Source: Eledone cirrhosa
Taxonomy: Eukaryota
Direction: 5' to 3'
DNA: 64,000 nt
NCBI GenBank assembly: GCA_964016885.1
Contig: OZ024742.1
Location: 112,716,001 to 112,780,000 of the forward strand
This document shows, one piece after another, positions 24,066-36,110 of this stretch. Position 1 is the stretch's first letter. The number at the start of each line of letters is the position of its first letter. The notes below the pieces were generated by a model, which was not told where the DNA came from, made no database searches, and saw nothing but the letters and a program-made list of their open reading frames with translations. The translations under genes and the position numbers were made by a program.

Positions 24066-26581
24066 TCCGAATGTACCAATGTGTACATGGGCAAACCGCA
24101 ACGGCTCATCTAGATCGTATTTTAGATAGGGTATTCTGTAGGGAAACAGATAAGGCTAGTGTAAATTGTCCACAATTTAAAGTAGTCCAGTACACGGACC
24201 ACACATTCGTGACCTTTGAGGTTGACTTAGATAGACTCCATAGGCAAGGGCCCGGTTACTGGAAGCTGAACGCGTCTTTACCGGCGCGCAAAGCTTACAG
24301 AGACCGGATTAGCGAATTAGTTTAGCGTGCGTTGACGAGTGCGATCATTAACAACAGGTGTTGGTTTACCCTGAAAATGGCTATTAGAGAAGAATCGATA
24401 AGGTTTAGCAAAGAAGTAGTGATAGAGGAAAATAGAGTAGAGGGAGAGCTAGTTAGAAAAGCAGAAGATCGTTTAGGACAGGCATCGCAACCAACGTTCT
24501 TGCGTCGAGATTGGCACTCGACCAATTCTTTTACGCAAAGCAGAAGGCTGCGTAGTCAGAGCTAGAGCGCTTGATCTAAGACACGAGGGGACGAAAGCCG
24601 TTCAATGGGCCCGGCTGGTGGAGGCGCGACGTGGCAACAATTCCACAATACGGTTTTGCCTGATCAAAACGAGTTCATACTGCTCGAATTCGAGCAGATG
24701 TGTGCGGCTTTTCAACAGCACTTTTCTCGATTACACGGGTGCGGTAGCGGGCAGGTTCGGAGTATGGACTTCGGTGCGAACTTCGACTGATTGCCGCGGC
24801 TCTCGACGACCGCAGCACAGTGCTGCAAAAGGCCTATAACAGCAGGTGAAATACGGGAAGCGATGTATAACTGCACGAGGGGTAAATTGCCAGGTTTGGA
24901 TGGTCTACTCTACGAGCTTTATGCGTACATCCCAGACTTGTTCGGCGACCTCTTGGCAGATATCTATTGCAACTGGCAGCAGAACGGAAGCATTCCCAGT
25001 GTTGTGAGCCGGGGAGCGGTAGCGCTACTGAGAAAAGATCCGAACAAAGGGGGCGTTATAGATAACTCAGGCCCATAACTCTGCTAAACACATAGTTCAA
25101 CATTTTGGCCAATGTGTTAGCAAAGAGATTGGCGCTTGTCGTCGGTGATCTGGTGGGAGAGGTGTAGACATGCACCATTCCGGACAGATCTATCCACGAT
25201 AACCTCCATCTCATGCGATACATCATAGAGAGGGTGGTTAAGGAATATGGCACAGGTGGAGCCCTGATCAACTTCGAGTGACCATCGGTACCTGGCTGCG
25301 GTCCTTGAGGTGGCCGGTTTCAGACCAGCATTTAGAGGCTGGATCGCTGCGATGCACAGCGACATCTGCTCGAATGTGATGGTGAATGGTTACCTGTCTA
25401 AGCCGTTCGGCATCATTCGCTCGGTCCACCAAGTTTGTCCACTCTCGTCCCTCTTGTACATACCGGCCCTCGAGCCATTACTGCACAAATTGGAGACCAA
25501 GAAGTGGGTCCCCGCGAAACGTCGGTAGGCTTGCAACTCGGCACCTGGAGAGGCAAGTCCATGTCCTCCGAAAGGGGAAGGACCGTTTAAGTTGCTCGGA
25601 GTTTGGTTCGGTCCCGACCTCCAGATGGTAAAAAAAACTGGAGCTCGGAAGCTGGAATGTCTCCAAGCGCTCACCGCTCTCTACCAGTTGGTTACTGATA
25701 TCGGTGGAACATCCACCTTGGCGTTCTATAGAGGGCTAATAGAGGGGTAAAGCAATGGCGAATAAGATCCACTGTTTGCTCTCTTCAAGAGAACTTTCAT
25801 TCCGGGTCTTATGGTCAATTTCCAGAAATCCTTGGCCTGGCAGTACTACCAGGAAGCTTTGGATGTTCTGGATAATATCTACAGGGACGGAGGTGCTGTC
25901 AGGCTGTCAGCCGAGTCTGTCCGAGATGCGCTCAGGACGACAAAACCGTCCTGCACACACTTGTTCAGTGCCCAAAGTTTGGTGACTTGTCGAACAGTCG
26001 CTGTCGCGTGTAGGACGGATACGGTTATCGATGCAGTCCATTGTGCAGATAGCACCGCCATCCGCCTTTAAACAGGAGGAATGGTAAGCAGTGTTCAACT
26101 GCCTGGTGGCCATGGCGAAAGAGATTGTGTGGTGAAAGGTTGAAAGGCTTGAAGAAAGACACTTTCCTCTACGGCCAATCCCTAATTAACTTTTTCAAGT
26201 TTCACTTGAAGAGCAAACTTAGGGTGGAAAGGCAAGAGCTGGCTTCTAGTAAGCTTGTTGAAAGGTGGGTGAAAGTGGCGAATCTTGTCCGAGTGAACGG
26301 TTCCATTCTGAGTATGCGCCTGTAGTCTGCGGAGTGGCAAAGCTGAGAGAGGGCGCTTGCCCTGGTGTCCAGGTTGGCCGTGGTCTTTTGTGTGGTTTTC
26401 GCCAAAAATGACCCTCCGTGTTTTCCCCTATTGGGGGAAATTTTTGTTGTTTGAATTTTAATTTATTTTACAGGTTTCTGTCTTTTAAAACCTTTTTACA
26501 CGGCCAAAACCCACTTTGTATCGTCCTGTGCTGTCTGTAATGTGTTTCTTCATGTTAGCCACTGTGGCCAATAAATAAACC
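24066..26581 (+). mobile_element. Tx1/L1-clade copy T2, 5'-truncated, internally deleted, decayed
   Basis: GPGYWKLNAS, GK.PGLDGL, SIHDNLHLMRY and FFKFHLK match ORF2 38220-41639; the 3' end CCACTGTGGCCAATAAATAAACC is followed by (ATT)n. Confidence 0.92.
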
Positions 26582-26619
26582 ATTATTATTATAAAGTAGA
26601 AACAATTATTATAATTATT

Positions 26620-29600
26620 GTTCTTTGAGTTGCAGTCATTGATTTTATTTAACTGGAAAGTTTGTTGAAAAGAATATCAAGCCACTACCTGCAGCCTCAG
26701 ATATTCAGGACGTATCGGAGGGGGCGGGACCAATTTTCTTTAACCATCCTTGGAAACTCTTTGAGATAGTACCTAGTGCGCCTATGATAAACGGGACCAC
26801 TTTGCAGTTCCAAATCCTTTTTACCTCCCACTTTAAATCCTGGTATCGGTTTTTTTTCTCCCTCTCCTTCTCTTTCACTCTCGTGTCGAATGGGCAGGCT
26901 ACATCCACAAACATGCACGATCTTTTTTCCTTGTCCAAAACCACCAGGTCAGGTCTATTGTTTTCCAGTTTCTTGTCTGTATGTATCCTAAAATCCCACA
27001 ACACCTTCACCTGATTGTTTAACTTCACCGACTCTGGCTTATGCTCATACCACTTCTCAGAATGTGGTAAATTGTTTACTTTGCATAGGTCCCAGTGGAT
27101 CACCCTGCCCATCACATCATGTCTCCAGCCTTTATAGTGAGTCTGGGCTAGGTGTTTACACTCGGATACAATGTGAGCCACAGTCTCCTCTCTCTCTCCA
27201 CAGATCCTACACAGTGGGATAGCCTCCTCCTTGTAAATATGGTGCTTCAGCCACTTCGTTTTGAGGGCCTGCTCTTGCGTAGTCATTAGCATTCCTTCTG
27301 TAGCATTTTAAAGGTCTCCTCTTTTCAACCAGTTCCATGTCTGTGGATCTCTGAATTCAGTTTTCTCAAAGAAGGTACTATGAAGGGATTTTTCATGAAG
27401 GTTGCTCTTTCTCCTTGTTGTTATTTCCTCCCTGGACATCCCCTGGTTTATTTTCCTCTCCTTCAGTACAATTCTGAGCATTGGCTCCCTACTGCCAGTC
27501 ACGTATTTGTGTAGGTTGTTTTTCTCCATCTGAACACAGTCCTCTATGCTGATAAGACCTCTTCCAACTTCAGATCTCCTTAAGTAGAGTATATCGACAT
27601 CACTTCTTTTGTGGAGCATGTTGTAAATAATCAATAGCTTCCTAGTCTTCCTATCCATTTCTTTTTGTTCAGCAACGTTCCATCTCAGAATTCCCGCACT
27701 GTACCTAATAATAGACACAGCTCGGGAATTTACAGCACTTATGGCATTCCTACAGTTCAGATGTGACTTTAATACGCTCCTTACTCTCCGAAGGTATTCA
27801 GTTCTTATCAATTCCTTCATTTTTTTGTTATTGATGTCATCAGCCTCCAGAACGCCCAAAATACTTGTATCCTTCCTCAGAGTCAATTTCCTTTATCATC
27901 TCACCTGTTGGTATCTGGATTCCGTTACTTCTGCTCAACTTACCCTCCTCATCACAATGACTCCACACTTACTAATACCAAATTGCATACATATACCATT
28001 GCTGAAAATACGGACAGTGTCAACAAGCACATCCAACTCCTTCTCACTCTTCCCGAAGAGCTTAAGATCGTCCATGAAGAGGAGGTGATTGATGGTAAGT
28101 CCTCCCTTTCCCAACCTGTATCCTGCTCTCACTTTTCGAAGTACACTGGTCAGGGGACTCAGGGCAAGGACAAACAACAGAGGGGACAGACTCTCTCCCT
28201 GGAAGATACCTCTCTTGATCTTCACGCTTCCCAAGGATTCTCCAGTTGAAGTTAACTCTGTTTCCCAGGACTTCATACTTTTGCCCAACAACTGTCTGAT
28301 GTTATCTGCCACCTTCAAGATCTCCAGGCTTTTGGTGATCCAAGAATGAGGCACCATGTCAAATGCCTTTTTGTAGTCTATCCATCCCATGGCAAGTCCA
28401 GTGTGTCTCCTCTTGCAATTCCTCATTACCATCTTATCAATAAGTAACTGGTCCTTTGTATCACGCGACTTCTTTCGGCATCCTTTCTGTTCGTCCGGTA
28501 ACACGTTGTTTGTGTGGAGGTGATGGTAGATTTCCTCAGACATAATGCTTGTCAACAGTTTCCACATTACGGACAGACATGTGATAGGTCTATGCTTGGT
28601 AACATCATTACCCTTGATTCGGTCTTTCATTATCAGAACTGTGGTACCTTTTGTCAACCACTCTGGTACCTCACCTGACATCAAGCAGTCATTGAATATG
28701 GTTGTCAGTTTCGGGTGGAGGGATGTTATATGTTTAATCCAATACCCCTGCACACCACCTGGGCCTTCTGATTTCCAGTTGGTTAGTTATTTGGCCTGCC
28801 CCTTAAGAGTTTCAACTGTGATACTTAAATCAGTTTGTTGGCGTGCCTGTTCACTGATCTCCTTCTGTACTGTCTCAATCCACACTGCCTGGTCATTATA
28901 TTTAACATCCTGCTCCCATATTCCTCTCCAGAATGTTTTAGTTTGTTCCGCCTCAGGGATCAAGTCGTTGCCTCTTTCTTTCCCTTCAATCTGTCCAAAC
29001 AACATCTTCTGGTTGTTGTCGAACATGCGGTTGTGTCTATACTGACTGGCTCTCTTCTCGTATCGCCTGATTTTTGAACTCTTTGCTACAATGCGTTGCT
29101 TCAGTTCTTCTATGATAATATTTAGATTTTTTCTCCTAGTTTTGTACTTTATTTGCAGTCTACTTTTAGTTTCTATGTTTTTTACTGTCCCATTCAGTAG
29201 GGACACAAGCTTTCCAATGTCATTTCTCATTTCCCTGATTTGACCACTCAGTCGTTTCTTCCACCAAGGCTCTGCTCTTTCTTGTCTGTTGTTTCCTCTC
29301 GCTTTTATACCAAGTAGTCTCCTCACCGTATTTGCTGTTGCTTTGAGGATATTGTTGCACTGGTGAAGGCTCCTCGCCTCAAGGTATGGGATGACTTTGT
29401 TTACCTTAGCTGTTGTTTCTTTTAACTGTTTCCTATCTACAAATCTTTGGTTCATAGGTCTCCCACTATCATTGTTCAATTCATCTAACACTAAGTTTAG
29501 GATATCAACCAAATCTTGTCCTAGCCCATCAGCATTCATCTCCTCAGTGGCCGTATCTCAGTTCCAGGTACTATTTATCTCAGCATTCAGATCATTGTCT

Positions 29601-30160
29601 GCTTCGGGTGGTTCCTCCGTTCTCTAAACCTCTTCACCTTCATTTCCCACTGTCTCATTTGCCTGGCATAGTCCACTCTCCATCTCCAAGCTAATCTCTC
29701 TGCTCAGTTCCTCCAGTACCAGCTCGCTTATCCACCGATTAGTTCTTATTACCCGAGCCTGCTCGGCCAATTTTTGTTCATCTAATTTAAATAGACCAAT
29801 CTCGTTCCAGATCTTATGCATCCGTTTCCTATAGCCTTTCTCCATGGGGTTACTCTTCACGTAATATTGCATAACAGTACTATTCAATTCTTTCGTCCAG
29901 TTGGTTCTGGTTGCTTTCCTTCTTCTTCTTCCTCCGACACCAGCAGTATTTGGTTGACAGCCAGGTCCCTGCTGCTGAGCCAGGGAGCACCTGTTGGGTG
30001 AGAGTTTGTCACATGACATTCTAGTCTCCATTTCACCGTTATTCGAACTGTTTAGGTTCGACATTTAAACACTCTTATCGAGGATTGGCGAATGTCTGGT
30101 TACATGACCACCGGTGAATTCATCGTCTCCGGTGGTTTCGTCACTCCACGTGACTTTTGT
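26620..30160 (-). mobile_element. R4/Dong-clade family A, copy A2, near full length, decayed
   Basis: ORF start at 30064 (RTNWTKELN..VMQYY..GYRKRM..IW..EQKLAEQAR), then RT, CCHC and RLE fragments; tail-to-tail with T2. Confidence 0.93.
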
Positions 30161-30686
30161 GTGGCACCATCACGCTGTAGACGAATACAAATAAACACAC
30201 AAACAAACAGGCAGAAAAAACCCCAACAATGAATAAGCATAAATTTCGTTGTAATGTAGTGTTTGAATGTCTGACATTAGTTTTTCCCTTCCCTTCTCTG
30301 TCCGCCTGTTTGTTTTTCTCTTCATTCTTATTTTCTTTACGTTTTTCGTCGTTGCTGTGCTGCTTTGATTTTGATTTTGGTTTTTTTAATTTGACCGGTC
30401 TTCAATTCAGTCTATTTATATATTTTGATGCCTTCCTCTTTTAGTGAGAATTCTACAAAGTAGCAGGGGCTAGCGGGAGAGAATAGCGGCGGTAGTGATA
30501 TTGAGGCAGTTGTCGTGATGGTGGTGGTGGTGCTGTGCTAGCAGGAGGTAGTGGGAGAGATAAGCGGCGGTAGCGATAATGAGGCAGTGGTGGCGGTGAT
30601 GTGGTCGTATTACTGTAGTGATGGTGTTGAAGTTGGAGTAGAAATTTGAGTCGACTTGACCAGATTATTATTATTATTATCCAGAC

Positions 30687-30717
<31 letters not shown>

Positions 30718-30729
30718 GTTATTGTTATT

Positions 30730-33700
30730 CCTTGAATCTCAGTCATTGATGTTGGTTAACTGGAAAGTCCGTTGGATTGAATATCAAGCTACTACCTGCA
30801 GCCTCAGATATTCAGGACGTATCGGAGGGTTATTGCCGTTCCAAGCAAGCATGCCTTTTGAAGCGTTCCAAAAAGCGTGAAGGGGCCGATTTTCTTTAAC
30901 CATCCCTGGAAACCTTTGGAGATAGTCCCCAGTGCGCCTATGACAATCGGGATCACTTTGACTTCATGGCAGTTCCAAATCCTTTTCACCTCCCACTTTA
31001 GGTCCTGGTATCGGTTAATGTTCTCCCTCTCCTTCTCTTGCACTCTCGTGTCGAACGGGCAGGCCACATCCACAATCAGGCACGATCTTTTTTCTTTGTC
31101 CACAACCACCAGGTCAGGTCTATTGTGTTCCAGTTTTTTGTCCGTCTGTATCCTAAAATCCCACAGCACCTTCACCTGACTGTTCTCCATCACCGCCTCT
31201 GGCCTATGCTCATACCATCTCTCAGAATGTGGTAGATTGTTTACTTTGCACAGGTGCCAGTGGATCACCCTGCCCATCACATCGTGTCTCCAGCCCTTAT
31301 AGTGGGTCTGGGCTAGGTGTTTACACTCAGACACAATGTGAGCCACAGTCTCCTCTCTCTCTCTACAGATCCTGCACAGTGGGCTAGCCTCCTCCTTGTA
31401 GATATGGTGCTTCAACCACTTCGTTTTGAGGGCCTGCTCCTGCGCAGCCATTAGCATTCCTTCTGTAGCCTTTTTGAGGTCTCCTCTTCTCAACCAGTTC
31501 CATGTCTGTGGATATCTAAATTCAGTTTTCTCAAAGAAGGTACTATGAAGGGATTTTCCCTTAAGGCTGCTCTTCCTCCTTGATGTTATTTCCTCCTTGG
31601 ATATCCCCTGGCCTACTGTCCCCTCCTTCAGTACAGCTCTGAGCATTGGCTCCTTACTATAGGTCACGTATTTGTATAGGTTGTTTTTCTCCATCTGAAC
31701 ACAGTCCTGTATGCTGATAAGACCTCTTCCACCCTCAGATCTCCTTAGGTAGAGTCTATCGACATCACTCCTCTTGTGGAACATGTTGTAGATAGTCAAT
31801 AGCTTCCTAGTCTTCCTATCCATTTCTTTTTGTTCAGCAACATTCCATCTCAGAATTCCCGCACTGTACCTAATAATAGACACAGCTCGGGAATTTACTG
31901 CGCTTATGGCATTTCTGCTGTTCAGATGTGACTTCAATACGCTCCTTACTCTCTGAATGTATTCAGTTCTTAACAATTCCTTCATTTTTTTGTTCTTTAT
32001 GCCATCAGCCTCCAGAACGCCCAAATACTTGTATCCTTCCTCAGAGTCAATTTCCTTTATCATCTCACCTGTTGGTATCTGGATCCCGTTACTTCTGCTC
32101 AACCTACCCCTCTTCATCACAATGACTCCACATTCACCAATACCAAACTGCATACATATATCACTGCTGAAAATACGGACAGTGTCAACAAGCACATCCA
32201 ACTCCTTCTCACTTTTCCCGAAGAGCTTAAGATCGTCCATGAAGAGGAGGTGATTGATGGTAAGCTCTCCCCTTCCCAACTTGTATCCTGCTCTCACTTT
32301 TCGCAGCATAATGGTCAAGGGCATCAGGGCAAGGACAAACAACAGAGGGGACAGGCTATCTCCCTGGAAGATACCTCTCTTGATCTTCACGCTTCCCAAG
32401 GATACTCCAGTTGTTGTCAACTCTGTCTCCCAGAACCCCATACTCCTGCCCAGCAACTGTCTGATGTTATCTGCCACCCTGAAGATCTCCAGGCTTTTGG
32501 TGATCCAGGAATGAGGCACCATGTCAAATGCCTTTCTGTAGTCTATCCATCCCATGGCAAGATCAGTGTGTCTCCTCCTGCAATTCCCCATTACCATCTT
32601 ATCAATAAGCAACTGGTCCTTTGTACCACGTGACTTCTTTCGGCATCCTTTCTGTTCGTCCGGTAACAAGTTGTTTGTGTGGAGGTGATGGTAGATTTCC
32701 TCAGACACAATGCTCGTCAACAGTTTCTACATTACGGGCAGACATGTGATAGGTCTATAGTTGGTAACATCATTACCCTTGATTCGGTCTTTCATTATCA
32801 GAACTGTGGTACTTTTTGTCAACCACTCTGGCACCTCACCCGACACCAAGCAGTCATTGAACATGGCCGTCAGCTTCGGGTGGAGGGATGTTAAATGTTT
32901 AATCCAATACCCCTGCACACCATCTGGGCCTGGTGATTTCCAGTTGGTTAGTTTTTTGGCTTGCCCCTTAAGAGTTTCAACTGTGATACTCAAATCAGTC
33001 TGTTGTTGTGCCTGCTCACCGATCTCCCTCTGTACTGTCTCAATCCACCCTGCCTGGGCATTGTGTCTAACATCCTGCTCCCATATTCCTCTCCAGAATG
33101 TTTTAGCTTGTTCCGCCCCAGGGATCAAGTCGTTGCCTCTTTCTTTCCCCTCAAGCTGTCCAAACAGCATCTTCTGGTTGTTGTCGAACATGCGGTTCTG
33201 TTTATACTGACTGACTCTGTTCTCGTATCGCCTGATTTTGGCACTCTTTGCTACAATGCGTTGCTTCAATTCCTCTATGATAATATTTAGCTTTTTACTC
33301 CTAGTTTTGTATTTTATTTCCAGTCTATTTTTAGTGCCTATGTATTTTAGTGTCCCATTCTGTAGTGACTCAAGCTTTCCTATGTCATTTCTCATTTCCC
33401 CGATTTGCCCACTCAGTCGCTTCTTCCACCACGGCTCTGCTCTTTCTTGTCTGTTGTTTCCTCTCGCTTTTATACCAAGTAGTTTCCTCACCGTATTTGC
33501 TGTTTCTTTGAGGATATTGTTGCACTGGTGAAGACTCCTCGCCTCAAGGTATGGGATGACTTTGTTTACCTTAGCTGTAGTTTCTTTTAACTTTTCCCTG
33601 TCTACAAATCTTAGGTTCATAGGTCTCCCACTATCATTGTTCAACTCATCTACCACTAAATTTAGGATGTCAACCGAATCTTGTCCTAGACCGTCAGCAT

Positions 33701-33838
33701 TCATCTCCTCAGTGGCCGTATCTCTGTTCCAGGTATTATTTATCTCAGTATTCAGATCATTGTCTGCTTCGGGTGGTTCCTCCGTTCTCAGGACCTCCTC
33801 ACCTTCATTTCCCGCCGGCTCGCTTGTCTGGCATACTA

Positions 33839-33840
<2 letters not shown>
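30730..33840 (-). mobile_element. R4/Dong-clade family A, copy A3, 5'-truncated, young
   Basis: ORFs 32727-33974 and 30804-32720 are in one frame, separated by a single TAG; (TAA)n on both sides. Confidence 0.95.
30804..33840 (-). pseudogene. R4 family A RT-CCHC-RLE ORF with one nonsense codon
   Basis: [52 protein letters not shown]; the TAG at 32727 is TGG in A1 and A2. Confidence 0.9.
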
Positions 33841-33886
<46 letters not shown>

Positions 33887-33900
33887 TATTATTATTATTA
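33841..33900 (-). repeat. (TAA)n tract between B3 and A3
   Basis: About 20 units. Confidence 0.97.
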
Positions 33901-35878
33901 CAGTTGCATTTATCTTGCTTTATGTTCATACGAGTTATCACCAAGACACAACCAGTGACCTCAAGAGACAACAAGGTCCGCCATGTTCAAGAAAGAACAT
34001 ACATATTCACACATGCATCTTTAGTGTTTAGACTGGTGATGTACTTATGTTGACAAAATCTTCCTTAGTATATGGGCAGTTCCCATTAATACTCTCTTTT
34101 GTATTTCTTCTATACGCGGGTTTCCTGGGATTTGCGATATGTAATCATTAGACCCCTTAGGTATCATTCCCAGAGCGCCTACAACCACTGGTATGTTTTA
34201 GTTCTCAATTTCCAAATTTTTCCAATTTCTATCTCCAGGTCCTTATACTTGCTCAATTGTTCAAATGTTTTTATAGATACATTCTTGTCTATTGGAACAG
34301 ACATATCAATTAGCAGGCATACCCTCTTTTGAAAGTCCTTCAATATTATATCAGGTCTGTTTGCATCTATTTTTCGGTCTGTTTGGATGCTAAAGTTCCA
34401 CAAGATTGAGATGTGATCTTTTTCAAGTATGGGAGGTGGTTGATGCTCACACCAATTCTTTTGATGGGGCAGGTCAATATGCTTACACATTATCCAATGT
34501 ATGTATTGTGCAGCTCTGTCATGCCTGTTTAGGTATTCGGTTGGAGCTATAGGACTACACATTGAAATTATATGGTCAATGGTCGCTGGTTGTTTTTTAC
34601 ATACACGGCATAATGGGCTGCACCAATTTTTTATTATGTTGGCTTGGTAATTTTTTGTTGGCAGACACTGATCTTGTGCCGATATAATCAGTCCTTCAGT
34701 CTCCGATTTCAGTCCAGAGGATGCCAACCACTGATGGGTTAAAGTTTTGTCAACATCAGGATTGTTAGCTCGCTCTGGGTATTTTCCATACAGAGGCTTT
34801 TCTTGCCATTTCTTAGCCAGTTTCTGTAGCAGTTCTTTCTTTGCAGTTACTTTTACCTGCTTTGCCTTTTCTGTGTTTTCCATTTCAGCAGTAAATGGGA
34901 CTTCAGGAATGTGTAGTCCATTACTGTATCTTTGTGCATATTTTGTAATGGAGTATCTTTTGATGCTTTCGTGTTTCAAAACGAGTTTGATCATCCAATC
35001 ATGTGATTCCCTTAGATATGTAGATAATCCAATTGTTGCAGTTTTCAACGCAATGTATAACTGGATTAACCCACGTCCTCCTTCTTTCCTAGGGAGATAT
35101 ATTCTATCTATATCTGCCTTAGGGTGATGCATTCTGTGCATGGTTAAGAATTTTCGGATTTTTTTATCGAGCCTACGGACCTCTGTGCTTGACCAGTTGA
35201 TGACATAGTAACTGTAGGTTACTACTGGTATGGCAATCGTGTTTATGGCATCGATCCTATTCCTTGCATTCAATTCCGTTCTTAAGATTGCTCTTACTCT
35301 GCGGTAACATTCCTTCCTTATCCTTTCCCTCATTGTCGAGTGCTTGATTCCGTCTCCTTCACAAACACCTAGATATTTGTAAGTTTTTTCTTGATCAAGT
35401 TCTCTTATCACGTTCCCCCGATCAAGATTAATGTCTGAACTCTTCAGCAGCTTTCCTCTGGTGAACGTTGCTTTGGCGCATTTGTCTAGTCCAAACTCCA
35501 TTTTAATGTCATCACTGAACTGCTTCACAGTGGATAATATCCCTTGCAATTGTTCATCATTTTTTGCAAATAGTTTCAGGTCATCCATGTGGAACAGGTG
35601 ATTAATGGTTTTGTCATAGATTTTATATCCATGTTTTGTTTCATTGAGCATTTTACTTAATGGTATAAGTGCGATGCAGAATAAAAGCGGTGATAAAGAG
35701 TCAACCTGAAAAATTCCACATTTAATATTAACTTCTCCAGCTTCCAGTGATTTTGTTTCACTATTCAAAAGGAGTGTCGTTTTCCATGTCTTCATACTTG
35801 AATGACAAAAACCTCCTGACAATGGGGGATACTTTGAACATCTCTAAACATTTTTCAATCCAACTGTGTGGCAAACTA
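33901..35878 (-). mobile_element. R4/Dong-clade family B, copy B3, 5'-truncated
   Basis: 547-aa ORF 34179-35822 with RT, CCHC and RLE; same 3' UTR as B1; frameshifts near both ends. Confidence 0.94.
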
Positions 35879-36110
35879 TTATTATTATTATTATTGAATG
35901 CCATGGTTGACGGAGGCTCGGCTCTGTAAGGTATAGTAATTTTTAACCGATAAAACAATTGTGAATTGTTTAAAACTTGAACCAAATTGTTGATAAAGAC
36001 ACCCTCCTCCTCGTGAGAAGGGTCTTTCTGTCCGTTATTTGGCCCTTCGGAGTTAAATAACCAGTTATTGGGGTTTTGTACCCAAAATTTCATTTTAAAC
36101 AAAAAACAAC

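Noticed and set aside
32721-32732. Two-ORF organisation or TAG read-through in R4 family A
   Set aside because: A1 and A2 have TGG here, so this is a nonsense mutation copied by the duplication.
33773-34053. Chimeric ORF from the B 3' UTR through poly-Asn into A, and the poly-Leu and poly-Tyr ORFs
   Set aside because: These are stop-free frames of the (TAA)n tract. The B1/A1 junction does not reproduce the fusion.
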